Of a stretch of 9,532 nucleotides of DNA, positions 7,946 through 9,532 are shown piece by piece. The DNA comes from Octopus sinensis (Eukaryota). The notes under the pieces were generated by a model. That model did not search any database. It was not told the DNA's origin and saw only the letters and a list, made by a program, of their open reading frames with translations. The first letter of the stretch is position 1. Each line of letters opens with the position of its first letter. The position numbers and the translations under genes were made by a program. The stretch is from NCBI RefSeq assembly GCF_006345805.1, contig NW_021827926.1, positions 1-9,532 of the forward strand. Direction: 5' to 3'.

Positions 7946-8172
7946 GTGTGTGTGTGTGTGATTGTGTGTCTGTGTTAGTCCCCCCCCCAACATCGCCTGA
8001 CAACCGATGCTGGTGTGCTTACGTCCCCGTAACTTCGCGGTTCGGCAAAAGTGACCGATAGAATAAGAACTAGGCTTACAAAGCATAAGTCCTGGGGTCG
8101 ATTTGCTCGACTAAAGGCGGTGCTCCAGCATGGCCACAGTCAAATGACCGAAACAAGCAAAAGAGAGAGTAT
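7946..8172 (+). mobile_element. 5'-truncated second copy of the 6285-6698 SINE (3' half)
   Basis: It begins at the internal (TG)n and aligns to the reverse complement of ~6290-6490, e.g. CAACATCGC(C/T)TGACAACCG...GGGGTCGATTTGCTCGACT(A/G)AAGGCGGTGCTCCAGCATGGCC(A/G)CAGTCAAATGAC(C/T)GAAACAAG. Confidence 0.9.
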
Positions 8173-8253
8173 AAGCACACATCCACATCTATTCACAGAA
8201 ACAGGTACAACAATGGTAGTTTTACTTTTAACAAAATACAAACCAAACATTGG

Positions 8254-9185
8254 TTGACCTCGGCCGCATTTGAACTCAGAACGTAAAGACAATATGCGGA
8301 TCTTTTCAGTTTGAACGGCAGTTTTTAACATAATTTCTAGGTAACTAAACACTTTTAAACTTCGTATACTGGTAGAATGTATATATAAAACATCTTTTTC
8401 TCTTGGCTTTATTGAGAAAATTCTATAGGTTGTAACATATTTGTTGTTGTTTTTTTCTTCAATTTCTGCAATTTCAACCAATCAGTGACGTTCATTGAGG
8501 TAAAAAAAACATTCTGTGCCGTATGAATATGTCCCTCGTATAAAAAACAGATTGGGTTTATTTACATTTGTGAAGAAAAAAATATATACCCTTCCCCCCA
8601 TCCCTAACCCTAAAATAGATTGAAATGCAATAGATCGATACTAGGGTCATAATTATGGGTGACAATTTCATATGACACCGCTAGAAAAAACTGCCGTTCA
8701 AACCGAAAAGGGATCTTTTCCTTTTGAACGGCATAGGTCAACACAATTTCTAGTTAACTAAAAAATTTAAAACTTTGTATACTGGTAGAATGTGTTTGAT
8801 AAAACATCTTTTTCTCTTGTTTTTATTGAGAAAATTCTATAGTTTGTAAGATATTTGGTTGTTTTTTTTCTTCATTTCTGCATTTCAACCAATCAGTGAC
8901 GTCTATTGAGGTAAAAAACATTCTGTGGCCGTATGAATATGTCCCTCGTTTAAGAAACATATTGGGTTATTTACATTTGTGAAGAAAAAAAGATATCCTT
9001 CCCCCCACCCCTAACCCTAATCCTAAAACAGATTGAAATGCAATAGATCGATACTAAGGTTATAATTATGGGTGACAATTTCATATGACACCGCTAGAAA
9101 AAACTGCCGTTCAAACCGAAAAGATCCCAATATGCCGCTAAGCATTTCGTCCGGCGTGCTAACGATTCTGCAAGCTCACCGCTTT
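8254..9185 (-). mobile_element. tRNA-derived SINE head split in two (9128-9185 and 8254-8297) by the MITE dimer
   Basis: Removing 8298-9127 and one TSD copy gives minus-strand AAAGCGGTGAGCTTGCAGAATCGTTAGCACGCCGGACGAAATGCTTAGCGGCATATTGTCTTTACGTTCTGAGTTCAAATGCGGCCGAGGTCAA. This has an A-box-like TTGCAGAATCG (9163-9173) and B box GAGTTCAAATGC (8266-8277). Confidence 0.75.
8298..9127. mobile_element. Head-to-tail dimer of a ~415-bp TIR MITE (Merlin-like), single 8-bp TSD
   Basis: TIRs GGATCTTTTCAGTTTGAACGGCAGTTTTT (8298-8326) and AAAAACTGCCGTTCAAACCGAAAAGATCC (9099-9127) match at 28/29. TSD CAATATGC is at 8290-8297 and 9128-9135. The units are 8298-8710 and 8711-9127. GG..CC ends with an 8-bp TSD fit Merlin (the superfamily call is inferred). 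Confidence 0.9.
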
Positions 9186-9460
9186 ATTACTAAACAATCA
9201 TTGCTACACGCTTATCGCGCCGATAAGATATAAACCATGACCGGTTCATTTATCGCGGAAAAATAACTAACGGAGTTAACGGCTAAAAATTTGAAATCCG
9301 GCAACGGTGAATTGTTTTATCAGTCACATCGTTCCCATAATTCCCTGCTGCCTGTTGCTACTTTAAAATGGGACACCATTTGTCAACTTCCTCTCAATGT
9401 CATACGCTTGAAAATCAAAAACAAAAAGTCCAAACTGTTTATTGTATGTATGTTTGTTCG

Positions 9461-9466
9461 TCTATC

Positions 9467-9532
<66 letters not shown>
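9461..9532. repeat. (TCTA)n / GATA microsatellite running off the window end
   Basis: atctatctatct... read directly. Confidence 0.95.

Noticed and set aside
6289-8257. Two ORFs sharing the peptide TRLTK.K.WGRFARLKAVLQHG.SQMTETSKR (6289-6504 -, 8051-8257 +)
   Set aside because: The similarity is simply two copies of the same SINE tail, not a gene family.
8298-9127. LTR pair or CRISPR-like direct repeats
   Set aside because: The units abut with no internal region, PBS, PPT or spacers, and carry TIRs with an 8-bp TSD, which indicates a DNA-transposon dimer.
9211-9227. Perfect hairpin CTTATCG-CGC-CGATAAG (inverted GATA sites)
   Set aside because: An isolated 7-bp stem with no CTRR end, U-tract or other context.

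Overview
AT-rich, repeat-saturated, non-coding eukaryotic DNA (intronic or intergenic). The SINE heads and the dense microsatellites resemble coleoid cephalopod (octopus-like) genomes, but that assignment is from recall and is not proven here. No credible protein-coding gene is present: the ORF track consists of microsatellite translations and chance frames in repeats. The window contains (i) a near-complete minimal type I hammerhead ribozyme (736-787, - strand) plus several degenerate or half relatives of the Penelope-like kind; (ii) a 509-bp non-autonomous Helitron (2284-2792); (iii) a GC-richer multi-hairpin element of unknown class (2818-3011); (iv) a ~105-nt long hairpin (4960-5064); (v) a full-length tRNA-derived SINE with an 8-bp TSD nested inside a mariner-like MITE; (vi) a head-to-tail dimer of a ~415-bp TIR MITE (GG...CC ends, one 8-bp TSD, Merlin-like) that splits a second tRNA-SINE head between its A and B boxes; and (vii) many microsatellites, including an inverted (CATA)n/(TATG)n pair.
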